From the NCBI GenBank assembly GCA_964591445.1, contig CAZQAW010000001.1, positions 14,625 through 78,624 of the forward strand: a stretch of 64,000 nucleotides of DNA. The letters run 5' to 3'. The stretch comes from an uncultured Candidatus Saccharibacteria bacterium (GTDB taxonomy: Bacteria; Patescibacteriota; Minisyncoccia; Phycocordibacterales; UBA9973). The notes beneath the pieces are model-generated. The model had not been told where the DNA came from. It did not search any database and saw nothing but the letters and a program-made list of their open reading frames with translations. The translations under genes were made by a program, and so were the position numbers. This document shows positions 46,289 through 58,000 of this stretch, piece after piece. Every line of letters begins with the position of its first letter. The first letter of the stretch is position 1.

Positions 46289-46465
46289 GTTTATGTCCCA
46301 AAACAGGCGTTTGTACTTTAAAAAAAATAAATAATGGGAAAAGAATTCAATTGTTATTCTTTGGGAGGAGAAGGTCCTCATATGTAAAAAAGATTCCCAG
46401 GTAGGCTGAGATAAATTCAGCCTACCTATTTATGTACACTCAAAACAATCTAAAATATTTTTAAA

Positions 46466-47344
46466 ATGCAACACAAAACAACAACCATTATGCAATGGCT
46501 TCGCGAACGAAGTAAAACAGTCCGACCAAATAATCTTAGAATAAACGATTGGGTGGATGAATATATAGACAAATGTGTACTGACAGGAAAACCGGTAGAG
46601 ATACTTACCCAGTATTGTCTTTCAAAAGACCTAGAGAAACGATTCTCTGCTCAAGGAAATACTTTTATTGCTCTTAAACCTGAGGAGAAAATGTTTAAAA
46701 AAACAGTCCCTTCAATTATTGAAAAGTTCAAGCAAAACACTATCTCCGTAAATTGGTATATCACCTTTCATAATTCTTTTTTAGATCGTGGAAGGATTTC
46801 TGAACATATGAGTATCTCTTATATTAATATGATTCAGAACCTAGTAAGCAATGAAGAATTATTATTACTTAATTGGGAAAAAGATGTTCTTGGAAAAAGA
46901 CCGGGGGCAGCCAAAGAAGTTTTAAAAAATTTCAAAGATATGGTTTCTGAAGAGGCGTTTGAACTGGACATACACAACCTTCTGGAACGGGTGAAGCAAT
47001 ATGGAGATTTTACAAAAACAGAAGAACAACTTCGAGAAGAAGCGATGTTTAAAATCGCCTGTGAGGCCGAAGAAGGAAGATATATATTTAGTTCTGAATC
47101 AATTTTCTCAAATGGTGATATTCTTATTACACCTCTTGAGTTTCCGGAAAGACTAACCTTTTTTGAAATACTCACACCTGGTTTTCAAAAAAGGATTGTA
47201 CCAATTCTACCCCTTTACCCATGGAGACTGGACTCAAGCGAACTTATATACAGAGAAAGCTACATAGACACAAGCACTTTCAAAGGTAGTCCTGATCGAA
47301 CTTACACAAAAAGAAAGAGTGGGTATTCAAGAGCAGATTGGTAA
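46466..47344 (+). CDS. Hypothetical protein (ORFan, AT-rich).
   Basis: 292 aa. No motif. Confidence 0.45.
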   Translation: MQHKTTTIMQWLRERSKTVRPNNLRINDWVDEYIDKCVLTGKPVEILTQYCLSKDLEKRFSAQGNTFIALKPEEKMFKKTVPSIIEKFKQNTISVNWYITFHNSFLDRGRISEHMSISYINMIQNLVSNEELLLLNWEKDVLGKRPGAAKEVLKNFKDMVSEEAFELDIHNLLERVKQYGDFTKTEEQLREEAMFKIACEAEEGRYIFSSESIFSNGDILITPLEFPERLTFFEILTPGFQKRIVPILPLYPWRLDSSELIYRESYIDTSTFKGSPDRTYTKRKSGYSRADW

Positions 47345-47378
47345 ATAAAATGGGATACAATGTTATGTATCCCATTTT

Positions 47379-48362
47379 TTAGTGCCTAAGTATTTCAATA
47401 TTGACTTTGCCAGACTTTGCTTTAATCCGAACTACGCCACCTACTGGAAAAGTAAAAATTGGTTGGGTGTGGCCAAAATTTGCATCAGCGACAATTGGTA
47501 TATTTTTAGATAATTTTTTTGACTCAAACAAATGCTCAATTTGTTTGATTGTTACTTTTGAATCTTTCTGAAATCTACCTAAAATAATGCCTTTGATAGA
47601 GACACTAGGAAGTTGCAATAAAGATTCAAGATTACGTTCAAACTCAAAAATAGTTTGATCTCCTCCAAAATCATCATCTTCAATAAAAAGAACGACATCT
47701 TGCAGATTGGGCATATACTCTGTACCTTGTAGCAAATTGATAGTTGAAAGATGACCTCCAATCAAGACTCCCTCTGCGGTACCGTTTTGGATAATAGAAT
47801 ATCCTTTGTTTTTTCTAAAAGGATGTCTGCGTTCTCCTATATATTTACTTGGAGTAACATTAAAGAATTCTTCGCTCATCAAGCATTTTTTGAAAAAATC
47901 AAACATGTATTCTATATTATCTTTGTTCTCATCCATACCGAACGAAGAATAATTTGGTCCGATATAAGTTACCAACCCAGTTTTTGCGTATATTGCATTA
48001 GAGAGAACAGTAATATCAGAAAACCCCCAAATTGGTTTAGGGTTTTTTCGAATAAGTTCCCAATCTAAATATGGCAAAAGTGTATTTGCATTATAACCCC
48101 CTCTCACACACGCAATTCCCTTTACTTTTTTATCCCTAAAAGCATCATGTAAATCTTTTACTCTTGAATCAATGGAAGAATTTCCAAATAAATCTTTTTC
48201 AAAAGCATTTTTACTATAGGTAACTTTTAGCCCGAGAAGTTCTTTGGTTCTCTTATCTGCGATTCTTTTTACGGATGCTTTCATTGAAGCAGCTGAACTA
48301 GACGGAGCAATTATCCTTAGTTCATCGCCTGGTTGAATTTTCTCTGAAAAAATAGTTTTCAT
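47379..48362 (-). CDS. ldcA: LD-carboxypeptidase (peptidase S66, LdcA-like).
   Basis: LRIIAPSS..., the GFSDITVL serine nucleophile motif and the C-terminal ...FGHTQPIFTFPVG (the S66 His region). Confidence 0.8.
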   Translation of the reverse strand: MKTIFSEKIQPGDELRIIAPSSSAASMKASVKRIADKRTKELLGLKVTYSKNAFEKDLFGNSSIDSRVKDLHDAFRDKKVKGIACVRGGYNANTLLPYLDWELIRKNPKPIWGFSDITVLSNAIYAKTGLVTYIGPNYSSFGMDENKDNIEYMFDFFKKCLMSEEFFNVTPSKYIGERRHPFRKNKGYSIIQNGTAEGVLIGGHLSTINLLQGTEYMPNLQDVVLFIEDDDFGGDQTIFEFERNLESLLQLPSVSIKGIILGRFQKDSKVTIKQIEHLFESKKLSKNIPIVADANFGHTQPIFTFPVGGVVRIKAKSGKVNIEILRH

Positions 48363-48377
48363 ATATAGAAAATTGTA

Positions 48378-49658
48378 TTAATCAAAATAATTTTTCAATC
48401 GAATGATCTTTTCGTGGTTGCGAAGCTTGTCGTGGACTTTGGCTTCGATCTGACGAATACGTTCGCGAGTAACTCCGAACTCTGCGCCCACTTCTTCGAG
48501 TGTGTGCTGAATGCCGTCCATCAAGCCGTAGCGCATTTCCAAAATCTTTTTTTCTTTTGGATTGAGCTCGTCGAGCACAGAACGGATCTGGTCTGAAAGA
48601 ATGCGTCGAGACGCGTCCTGGTCTGGGCCAGAGATTTTGTCGTCCGCAATGAATTCTCCGCGAGTAGACTTTTCATCGTCATCCCCGATCGGCTGTTCGA
48701 GCGAAATAGTTTCTTGGTTGATGTTTTCAATCACATGCACTTTTTCAACTTCGATTCCCATTTCAGTCGCGATTTCTTCGGCCAACGGCTCACGGCCCAA
48801 GTCTTGAGACAAACGTCGGACAACTTGTTTATATTTTGAAATCGTTTCCACCATGTGGACCGGAATACGGATCGTTCGAGACTGGTCGGCAAGCGCGCGA
48901 GTGATCGCCTGACGGATCCACCATGTTGCATATGTTGAGAATTTATATCCTTTTGTCCAATCAAATTTCTCTACCGCTTTAAACAAACCAAGGTTTCCTT
49001 CTTGGATCAAATCAAGAAGCGTAAGGTCTGAACTTCGTCCGACGTATTTTTTCGCAATCGAAACCACAAGTCGCAAGTTTGCGCGAGCAAGCAAGTTCTT
49101 GGCTTCCATGTCACCTTTTTCAATGCGTTTTGCGAGGTCGCGTTCTTCGGCTGCGTGAATAAGCGGAAATTGTCCGATTTCTTTAAGATAAATTTGGATC
49201 GAGTCGTATGCAGCCTGGTCTTTGCCAAGTTTCAAATCTTTTTCAGGAGCAGAAACATCGAGCAAGTTCCCGCCTTCGAGTACGTCTACTCCGGCAACGG
49301 AAAGCATTTCATAGAGCTCGTCCAAGAAAAGAATATTGTTTTCGATGTCTGGAAATGTTTTTAAAATTTCATCATAAATAACGAAGCCACGCTTTTTGCC
49401 TTTTGTTACCAATTCTTCGGCCTTCTTTTTAAGTTCTTCTTCTTTCTTTTGCTTCGAAAGTTTCGGAGCTGATTTTGCAACAACCTTTTTAGGCACTGGT
49501 TTTTTGACTGGCTTTTTAACAGATTTTTTGGTTGCAGGCTTTTTTGTTTTTGCAACCTTTTTTGAAGCTGGCTTTTTCTTTGGCGCAGACTTGCGAGACG
49601 GTGATTTTTTCACCGGTTTTTTGGACTTCGTATTCTTTTTTTGTTTTTTATTTTTCAT
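48378..49658 (-). CDS. rpoD: RNA polymerase sigma-70 factor RpoD with a lysine-rich, histone-H1-like N-terminal extension.
   Basis: Region 2 ([40 protein letters not shown]), region 3 and region 4 ([20 protein letters not shown]). N-terminal K/P/A repeats. Confidence 0.9.
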   Translation of the reverse strand: MKNKKQKKNTKSKKPVKKSPSRKSAPKKKPASKKVAKTKKPATKKSVKKPVKKPVPKKVVAKSAPKLSKQKKEEELKKKAEELVTKGKKRGFVIYDEILKTFPDIENNILFLDELYEMLSVAGVDVLEGGNLLDVSAPEKDLKLGKDQAAYDSIQIYLKEIGQFPLIHAAEERDLAKRIEKGDMEAKNLLARANLRLVVSIAKKYVGRSSDLTLLDLIQEGNLGLFKAVEKFDWTKGYKFSTYATWWIRQAITRALADQSRTIRIPVHMVETISKYKQVVRRLSQDLGREPLAEEIATEMGIEVEKVHVIENINQETISLEQPIGDDDEKSTRGEFIADDKISGPDQDASRRILSDQIRSVLDELNPKEKKILEMRYGLMDGIQHTLEEVGAEFGVTRERIRQIEAKVHDKLRNHEKIIRLKNYFD

Positions 49659-49666
49659 ACTCGACG

Positions 49667-51394
49667 TTACGATTCTATTGATAATGATTCCAATTGGTTC
49701 TTTGTTGTTCGAATGGTGTGGAGGAGCTCGTCGCTTTTCGCCTTGTCTTTAGCAGATTCTGCAGCGTGGAATTCATTCATAAGCGCGGCGAGTTTGTCTT
49801 TTAAAAGTTCTCGTTCGAGATTTCGGAGCAGTGCGTCTGTTTCTTTGGCAATGTCGCGGTCTTTGTACACAAGTTCTGTTTCAAAAATAAGCGTGTTTGA
49901 TTCGGGGCTGTCAGTCGGCGGACTTTCTTCTCTTTGCAATATGTCGTTTAAAGCTTTTTCAATCTTTACAGCAAGCTCGCTGTCGGTCGTTTTTTTCCAC
50001 AAAGCAATACCTGTCAGCGCTTTGATAATTCCTTCTTTGCGATTAACTTCGGTGGGAACAAGTGCTTCGCGAATAGTATGCACGACGTCCGGTTTCGGAA
50101 TGCGACGCAAGTCTTCGGCAACAACTTCTTCACCAACACCAAGCTTTCGCGCAAGAAGCGAAATAAAGTGTGCTCGATCGATTGCGCTTTTGAGACGTGC
50201 AACATACGGGAGCACTCGTGTAGTCACTTCTTTCTTGAACATGCGGTCGTCAGTCGTCGCTTCGCGAAGCACTTCGGTATACATTTCGATAAAATGTTTT
50301 GGATGTTTCAAAGCGTCCCGCCATTTACTTTCGTCTTCCTTTATCATATCTGCCGGGTCAACTCCTTTTGGCATGCGGATGACTGATACATCCATCCCTG
50401 TTTCATACGCGAGACCGACAGCACGTTCTGAAGCTTTCATGCCCGCTTGGTCTCCGTCAAAACAAAGCACAAGCGAATCGGTAAAGCGTTTCAACATAGA
50501 CAGATGATAACTCGTCAGTGCTGTTCCAGAAACCGCAACTGCTTCGTTCGTACCGGCTTGGTGCGCAAGCACCAAATCCATTTGTCCTTCGACAAGCACG
50601 GCGCGGCGTTCGCGAGCGATCGCTTGCTTTGCCTTGTCGTAACCAAACAAAATACGAGATTTGTTGTAGACGATCGTCTCCGGAGAATTCACATATTTTG
50701 CAACAGTTGGATCAGCACTTGTGTCTCCAAAAATTCTTCCGGAGAAACCGACAACTTTGCCTTGCGGATTCATGATTGGAAACATGATGCGGCTGCGGAA
50801 ACGATCGTAAAATCCTTTTTGACTTTTGATCGAAAGCCCGGCTTTTTCTTGTACGTCTTCGGAAATTCCTTTTGACGAAAGAAAAGTCGAAAGATTGCGC
50901 CAGCCATCCGGAGCAAAACCAATACGGAAAGATGCTATCGATGCATCGCTCACACCACGTCCTCGCACGTACTCTAAAGCGTCTGGGAATTTTTGAAGAA
51001 CAAGTTCGTAATACTTCGTAGCAAGTTCGAGTGCTCGATACACCTGCGTGTTATCCGGCTCTTTTTCACGATGGACATTTCCTTCTTTGGGAATCACGAC
51101 ACCGGCTCGATCTGCGAGCTGCTTCAAAGATTCTGGAAATGTCAGACCTTCGATGTCTTGAATGAACGTAAACACGTCGCCACCTTTTCCGCAGCCAAAA
51201 CAATGGAATGTTCCTCGCTCGGGTGATACAAAAAATGATGGAGTCTTTTCGTTATGAAACGGACATCGCCCGCGCATGTGAAGCCCAGATTTTTCGAGCT
51301 TCACATAAGGCGAAATCACGTCAACGATAGACAAACGCTCTTTGATTTCTTGTACGGGTGAATTCATGGGGATAATAGAACCGCACACATTCAC
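49667..51394 (-). CDS. dnaG: DNA primase.
   Basis: Zinc-binding [26 protein letters not shown] and a TOPRIM domain ([10 protein letters not shown]...CFDGDQAG). Confidence 0.9.
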   Translation of the reverse strand: MNVCGSIIPMNSPVQEIKERLSIVDVISPYVKLEKSGLHMRGRCPFHNEKTPSFFVSPERGTFHCFGCGKGGDVFTFIQDIEGLTFPESLKQLADRAGVVIPKEGNVHREKEPDNTQVYRALELATKYYELVLQKFPDALEYVRGRGVSDASIASFRIGFAPDGWRNLSTFLSSKGISEDVQEKAGLSIKSQKGFYDRFRSRIMFPIMNPQGKVVGFSGRIFGDTSADPTVAKYVNSPETIVYNKSRILFGYDKAKQAIARERRAVLVEGQMDLVLAHQAGTNEAVAVSGTALTSYHLSMLKRFTDSLVLCFDGDQAGMKASERAVGLAYETGMDVSVIRMPKGVDPADMIKEDESKWRDALKHPKHFIEMYTEVLREATTDDRMFKKEVTTRVLPYVARLKSAIDRAHFISLLARKLGVGEEVVAEDLRRIPKPDVVHTIREALVPTEVNRKEGIIKALTGIALWKKTTDSELAVKIEKALNDILQREESPPTDSPESNTLIFETELVYKDRDIAKETDALLRNLERELLKDKLAALMNEFHAAESAKDKAKSDELLHTIRTTKNQLESLSIES

Positions 51395-51402
51395 TTACTT
51401 TA

Positions 51403-54400
51403 TTATTCGACTACTTCTTCAACTTTTTCTTTACGAATTTCTTTGTTTCGGAAACCTGTTCCAGCTGGGATCAAGCGGCCGATGATAACGTTTTCTTTCA
51501 AGCCTCGGAGCTTGTCGACACCACCACGAACGGCGTTGTTGATAAGCACACGGTTTGTGTTTTGGAATGACGCTGCAGAGAGCCAGCTTTTCGTTGTAAG
51601 AGAGACCTCTGTGATACCAAGCAAGATCTGTTCTCCCTTTGCTTCCTCACCGCCTTCTGCTTTAACTCGGTTATTTTCTTCGATCAATTCTGTATTTTCT
51701 ACGATTTCACCAACAGAGAAGAGCGTTGTTCCCTGTTCTTTGATGCGCTTTCGAGAAAGCATTTGTCGAATGATGATTTCGATGTGCTTTCGAGAAATAG
51801 ACGCGCTCTGAAGTTCGTACACTTTCTTGATTTCGCGAATAATGTAATCTTCTGCAAGTTCTCGTCCGCCGAATTTGAAAATTTCAGAAATATCTGCAGA
51901 ACCGTCTGTGATGATCTGGCCTTTTTTGATATCTTCGCCAACTTTGACAAACACTGTGCGTCGAGCTGGAACGGTATATTCAATAGTGTTTGATTTTGCA
52001 TCACCTTTCGTGTCTGAAATAACAACGATCGTTACGTCCTTGCCGTCATTTCGGATTTCAGAAACTTTCGCGTCTGTTTTTGAAACGATAGCTGCGCTCT
52101 TTGGAGTTCGTCGTTCAAATATTTCTTCGATACGAGGAAGACCTTGCGTAATGTCGACTCCGGCAACACCTCCGGCGTGGAAGGTTCGAAGCGTAAGCTG
52201 TGTTCCAGGTTCACCGATCGCTTGCGCGGCAATGATTCCCACCGCTTCACCGAGGTCGATAAGTTTGTTTCGTCCAAGGTCAAGACCGTAACACATCTGA
52301 CAAATGCCGTGCACTGTCTTACATGTAAGCGGAGTTCGAACGAAGACTTCTGTAATACCTTTGTTTTCGATCATCTGCGCGTCTTCTTTTGTAACCAAGT
52401 ATCCTTTCTTAAATACAACATTACCTTCGTTATCTTTCAAATCTGCTGCAAGTACGCGGCCGCGGACATTTTTAGAAATTGGAATTTCAATACCAGAAAT
52501 GATTTCTTTCGTCATTGTCTTTCCTTCTTTTGTTCCACAATCTGCTTCGGTGATAGTCACATCTTGAGACACGTCAACGAGACGTCGTGTCAAATATCCA
52601 GCGCGAGCAGTGTTCAAAGCCGTGTCGGCCAAACCTTTACGCGCACCGTGAGTAGTAATGAAGTATTCAATCGGAGAAAGTCCTTCTTTGTATGAAGGCA
52701 CAATCGGGAAATCGATAGTTCGTCCTTGAGTGTTGACGATAAGACCTTTCATACCTGCCATCTGTGTAAGGTTTGAAAGAGATCCTCGAGCTCCGGATTT
52801 GATCATGTCTTCGACAGAACCATTTTTCTCGAGTGTTGCAGGAAGAGTTTTTTCGATTTCGATTTTGATGCCGTCCCAGATTTCAATAATCTTTCGGAAG
52901 CGTTCTTCGTCAGAAAGAAGTCCTTCGTTGAATTGACCAACGATTTCTTCTTCCATCTTGCGTCCTTTCGCAATGATAGATTCTTTTTCTTTTGGAACAA
53001 CGACGTTATCGATTCCCCATGTAATACCAGACTGAGTGACGAATTTGTAACCGAAGTCCTTGATCTTGTCGAGGATTGCGGGAGTTGCGTCGATACCGTA
53101 ATGCATGATGAGTTCGTCAACGAGCGCTGAAATACGCTTCTGGCTCATTTCTTCGTTCAAGTATGGAAGATCTGCCGGAAGAATACTGTTGAACATAAGT
53201 CGTCCAACTGTTGTTTCAAATGGCTTGCCTTGAAATTGCGCATACTTCACTTTGTCTGTGCCCATGACTTTGATTTTCGCGCGGAAAGAAACTTCGCCGA
53301 AGTCATAGGTTGTCATCGCTTGGTTCGGATTTGAGAAGAATTTTCCTTCACCTTTTTCACCTTCAATGATCTTCGTCATCCAGTAACAACCAAGAGCGAT
53401 GTCGAGAAGTTTGACTGATACGATCGGGTCGCCGTTCTGAGGCTTGAGCAAGTTCTTGTTTGCCGCCATTAAAGTGCGAGCTTCATCTTGAGCTTCAACT
53501 GAAAGCGGAACGTACACCGCCATTTGGTCTCCGTCGAAGTCAGCGTTGAAGGCAGAACATACGAGCGGGTGAACCTGGATAGCGTTACCTTCGATCAAGA
53601 TCGGATTGAAAGCTTGGATACCAAGTCGGTGAAGCGTCGGCGCACGGTTCAAAAGAACGTACTTGCCTTCGATCACTTCTTCGAGTATCGCCCATACTTC
53701 CGGAACTCCTTCTTCGATGAGCTTGTTTGCACCGCGAATGTTGAATGCAAGTTCGCCTGCAAGGATCTTTGAAATGACGAATGGTCGGAAGAGTTCAAGC
53801 GCCATGTGCTTTGGAAGTCCGCACTGGTTGAGCTTGAGCTGAGGACCAACGACGATCACTGAACGTCCAGAGTAGTCAACGCGTTTACCGAGCAAGTTCT
53901 GTCGGAACAAACCTTGTTTTGATTTCAAGTTGTCAGACAAAGATTTGAGCGCACGTCGCTGTGACTGGCTCATCGCTTGAGAGTCGCTTTGGTTGGTGAT
54001 TGAGTTGTCGATCAACGCGTCCACTGCTTCCTGGAGAATACGCTTTTCGTTTCGAAGGATCACGTCCGGAGCGCCGATTTCTTTCAACTTGCGGAGACGG
54101 TTGTTTCGGTTGATCACGCGTCGGTACAAGTCGTTGATATCTGAAGTTGCATGTCGTCCGCCATCAAGCGCGACCATCGGTCGGAGCGCTGGAGGGATGA
54201 CTGGAATGACAGTTAAGAACATCCATTCTGGACGAATTTGTGAGTGGATCATTGCTCTAATAAGCGCCAAACGCTTCTGAAGCTTTTCGCGTTCAAGAGA
54301 GCTTGCTTTTTCAAGCATTTTTTCTGTTGCAGCTTTCAACTTTTCAAGGTCGAGATTTTTGAACAAGTTGTAAATTGCTTCTGCGCCGATGTTCGCTTCG

Positions 54401-55026
54401 AAACATGTTCCGTATTTCAAAGAGAAGTGATGGAATGAAATTTCGTTCAACACTTTTCCTTCGTAGATATCGTTGATTTCTTTCTTTGCGGCAGCCAAAA
54501 GTTCTTTCAACTTTTCGCGAGTTTCTTCGTCGTTTGTTGATTTTACTTTTGATTTGTATTCAGTTTCGATGTTTGAGATGATTGAAGCTTTTTCTTCTTC
54601 GTGAACTTTTGTGATGATGTAACCGGCAAAGTACACAACCTTTTCAAGGTCGGTGATTGGTATATTGAGCAAGCTCGACATGCGAGATGGCACGCCGCGG
54701 AGGAACCAGATGTGCGCAACCGGACTTGCAAGCTCGATATGGCCCATGCGTTCACGTCGAACGATAGAGCGAGTAACCTCAACTCCACATTTTTCACAGA
54801 CGATATCTTTGTATCGGATGCGTCGGTATTTTCCACAGTAACATTCGTAATCTTTTTCCGGACCGAAGATCTTTTCGTCGAAGAGCCCACCGCGTTCTGA
54901 ACGTCCTGTTCGGTAGTTGATCGTTTCAGGCTTTGTCACTTCTCCATAAGACCATTCGCGGATGCGGTCCGGTGAAGCAAGCTTGAGCGTGATTGAATTG
55001 AAATCTGTTGTATCAATTGTTTTCAT
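51403..55026 (-). CDS. rpoC: DNA-directed RNA polymerase subunit beta'.
   Basis: Zn-finger CEKCGVEV, the NADFDGDQM catalytic motif, and bridge-helix/trigger-loop regions. Confidence 0.97.
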   Translation of the reverse strand: MKTIDTTDFNSITLKLASPDRIREWSYGEVTKPETINYRTGRSERGGLFDEKIFGPEKDYECYCGKYRRIRYKDIVCEKCGVEVTRSIVRRERMGHIELASPVAHIWFLRGVPSRMSSLLNIPITDLEKVVYFAGYIITKVHEEEKASIISNIETEYKSKVKSTNDEETREKLKELLAAAKKEINDIYEGKVLNEISFHHFSLKYGTCFEANIGAEAIYNLFKNLDLEKLKAATEKMLEKASSLEREKLQKRLALIRAMIHSQIRPEWMFLTVIPVIPPALRPMVALDGGRHATSDINDLYRRVINRNNRLRKLKEIGAPDVILRNEKRILQEAVDALIDNSITNQSDSQAMSQSQRRALKSLSDNLKSKQGLFRQNLLGKRVDYSGRSVIVVGPQLKLNQCGLPKHMALELFRPFVISKILAGELAFNIRGANKLIEEGVPEVWAILEEVIEGKYVLLNRAPTLHRLGIQAFNPILIEGNAIQVHPLVCSAFNADFDGDQMAVYVPLSVEAQDEARTLMAANKNLLKPQNGDPIVSVKLLDIALGCYWMTKIIEGEKGEGKFFSNPNQAMTTYDFGEVSFRAKIKVMGTDKVKYAQFQGKPFETTVGRLMFNSILPADLPYLNEEMSQKRISALVDELIMHYGIDATPAILDKIKDFGYKFVTQSGITWGIDNVVVPKEKESIIAKGRKMEEEIVGQFNEGLLSDEERFRKIIEIWDGIKIEIEKTLPATLEKNGSVEDMIKSGARGSLSNLTQMAGMKGLIVNTQGRTIDFPIVPSYKEGLSPIEYFITTHGARKGLADTALNTARAGYLTRRLVDVSQDVTITEADCGTKEGKTMTKEIISGIEIPISKNVRGRVLAADLKDNEGNVVFKKGYLVTKEDAQMIENKGITEVFVRTPLTCKTVHGICQMCYGLDLGRNKLIDLGEAVGIIAAQAIGEPGTQLTLRTFHAGGVAGVDITQGLPRIEEIFERRTPKSAAIVSKTDAKVSEIRNDGKDVTIVVISDTKGDAKSNTIEYTVPARRTVFVKVGEDIKKGQIITDGSADISEIFKFGGRELAEDYIIREIKKVYELQSASISRKHIEIIIRQMLSRKRIKEQGTTLFSVGEIVENTELIEENNRVKAEGGEEAKGEQILLGITEVSLTTKSWLSAASFQNTNRVLINNAVRGGVDKLRGLKENVIIGRLIPAGTGFRNKEIRKEKVEEVVE

Positions 55027-55041
55027 ATATATGTTGGAGTA

Positions 55042-58000
55042 TTACTCTTCTGACTTTTTAGAATTGCGCAGGTCGACATCGAGCGCAAGACCTCGGAGAT
55101 AGTTCAACATCACAGAGAATGATGCTGGAGCATTCGGAGATTTGATTTCCTCACCTTTGATAATAGAATCAAACGTCGCACTTCGTCCCATGATATCGTC
55201 AGACTTGATCGTGATCATTTCTCGGAGAGCGTGAGCGGCGCCGTATCCTTCAAGTGCCCACACTTCCATTTCTCCAAATCGCTGACCTCCACCGTGAGCT
55301 TTACCACCGAGCGGCTGTTGCGTGATAAGAGAGTAAGGACCGATACTTCGCATGTGAATCTTGTCTTCCACCATGTGGTGCAGTTTCAAAACATACATGT
55401 ATCCGACTGCAATGTCTTGTTCAAACTTGTCGCCAGTTCGTCCGTCGTAAAGAGCGATCTTGCCGTTTTCTGGAAGCCCAGCTTTGACAAGTTCTTCTTT
55501 GATTTCATTTGTTGTTGCACCAGAGAAAGTCGGAACAATAGCCTGGTAGCCGAGCGTGTGCGCAGCCATACCCAAGTGCATTTCCATGATCTGACCCAAG
55601 TTCATACGAGATGGCACGCCGAGCGGAGTCAAAATAACGTCAATCGGAGTTCCGTCTGCCATGTATGGCATGTCTTCTTCTGGAAGCACAGTAGAGATAA
55701 CACCTTTGTTTCCGTGTCGTCCAGCAAGCTTGTCTCCAACTGAAATATTTCGGATCTGTGCAACTTCGATCACAACTTTCTTGATGATGCCTGATTCCAA
55801 AGTGTGTCCTTGGTCGCGAGAGAAAATCTTGACCCCAATAATGCGTCCTTTCTTTCCGTGTTCCATGCGTAGAGATGTGTCTTTAACATCGCGAGCTTTT
55901 TCAGCAAAGATAGATCGGAGCAAGCGTTCTTCTGGAGTAAGTTCTGTTTCGCCTTTCGGTGTAATCTTTCCAACCAAAATATCGTTCTCACGGACTTCTG
56001 CACCGATGCGGATGATACCTTCTTCGTCGAGGTCTTTCAACTTCGCTTCACCAACGTTCGGGATATCGCGAGTTGTAACTTCCGGACCAAGCTTTGTATC
56101 TCGGACAGCACAAGTGAATTCTTCGATGTGGATAGAAGTAAATTTACTATTTTTTACAAGTCGTTCTGAAAGGATGATCGCGTCTTCGTAGTTGTTTCCG
56201 CTCCAAGACATGAACGCAACGAGCACGTTCTGACCCAAAGCAATCTGACCGCGGTCTGAAGTTGAAGTATCTGCAAGGACACTTCCCTTTTTCACTTTAT
56301 CGCCAAGGTTCACACTTGGTCGCTGGTGAAATGCCGCGAAGTTGTTTGTTCGAGAAAATGCAACAAGGTTGTATGTTTTCTTTCCTTTATCATTTGTTAC
56401 AACGATTTTCTTTCCGTCAACATGAGTAACAACACCCGCCTCTTCTGCAATAATAAGTCGTCCAGAATCTTTTGCAGCGAGTTCTTCCATACCTGTCGCA
56501 ACGAGCGGAGCTTCAGGAACGATACAAGGCTGAGCTTGTTTCTGCATGTTACTTCCCATGAGTGCTCGGTTCGCGTCATCGTGTTCGAGGAATGGGATCA
56601 TTGAAGTCGCGATAGAAAACGCTTGGTTTGCAGCAACATCGATAAAGTCCACCTTGTCACGATCTACGAGACCTGGTTCTGTTTGTCGGCGAGCTTCAAT
56701 TCTTTCTTCAAGCAATTTTCCATTTTCGTCGTAAGAAACTCCCGAGTGAGCAATGTTGTACTTTTCTTCTTCAAGCGCGTTCATGTAGACGATCTCGCCT
56801 GTGATTTTTCCGTTCTTCACTTTTACATAAGGAGTTTCGATAATTCCGAAATCGTTTACGCGAGCATAGACAGACAAGTGAAGAATAAGACCGATGTTCG
56901 GACCTTCCGGAGTGTGGATCGGACATACGCGACCGTAGTGAGAAGTGTGAACGTCGCGCACTTCCAAGCCAGCGCGTTCTCGTGTGAGACCGCCAGGACC
57001 AAGCGCAGAAAGTGTGCGCAAGTGTTCAAGTTCCGCCAAGACGTTTTCTTGGTTCATGAACTGTGAAAGTTGGTTTGTTGTGAAAAATTCTTTGATTCGA
57101 GCCTGAAGTGGCCGCTGGTTGATGATTGCGATCGGAAGCGCAGTTGAAGTGTCGATAGTCGACATGCGGTCTTGGATATTTCGCTTGATCTGTGTCATAC
57201 CAACGCGAATTTTCTGCTGAAGAAGCTCGCCTACGAATCGGACGCGGCGTTGACCCAAGTGGTCGATATCGTCTGCATGTGAACCCGGTGTGTTGTTCAA
57301 CATCACCACGTGCTTGACGATAGTTGCAACGTCTTCTTTTGAAATAGTGCGTCGAGCCATTTCTTTGTCGCCCATGTCGAGTAGGAAACGGTTGTTGAAT
57401 CGGAATCGTCCAACTGGAGACAAGTCGTAGCGTTCAGGGCTAAAAAGAGAATCGATAAATTCTTTCGCGTTGTCCGGAGTTGCAAGATCGCCGTCGCGGA
57501 GACGTTTGTAGATGTCGATATATGCATCGTTCAAAGATTTTGCAGTATCTTTTTCAAGCGCGATCTTCATGAGAGACTGCGTTGTTTCGTCAGAAGCAAA
57601 TGCTTTCAAGATCTGCTCGTCTGTGTGATATCCGAGTACGCGAAGAAGCGCAGTTACAGAGAACTTTCGCTTTTTGTCGATACGGACATAGAGGATGCCG
57701 TCGACGTCTGATTCGATTTCGATCCACACGCCACGCGCAGGGATGATCTTCGCACCAAAATATTTCTTACCTTTTGCTTCAACATCTGTAAAGAAAATAC
57801 CGAAACTTCGCGCAAGCTGAGGAACGATAACTCGTTCAACTCCGTTGATGATAAATGTTCCATGCGCTGTCATCATTGGGATGTCAGACATGAAGATTTC
57901 TTGCTCTTTTGTTCCACCAATCGTCTTGTTCAAAAGTTTAACGCTTGCCTTCAAAGGCGCTTCGTACGAGAGCTTGTTGATCTTTGCATGCTGCTCATCG

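Noticed and set aside
49396-49752. 118-aa plus-strand ORF antisense to the rpoD lysine-rich region.
   Set aside because: A Phe-rich antisense reading of AAA/AAG lysine codons. An artefact.
55231-57066. Several 100-176 aa plus-strand ORFs inside rpoB. Similar ORFs occur inside rpoC (51443-52695).
   Set aside because: Antisense to the highly conserved RNAP subunits, with no motifs.
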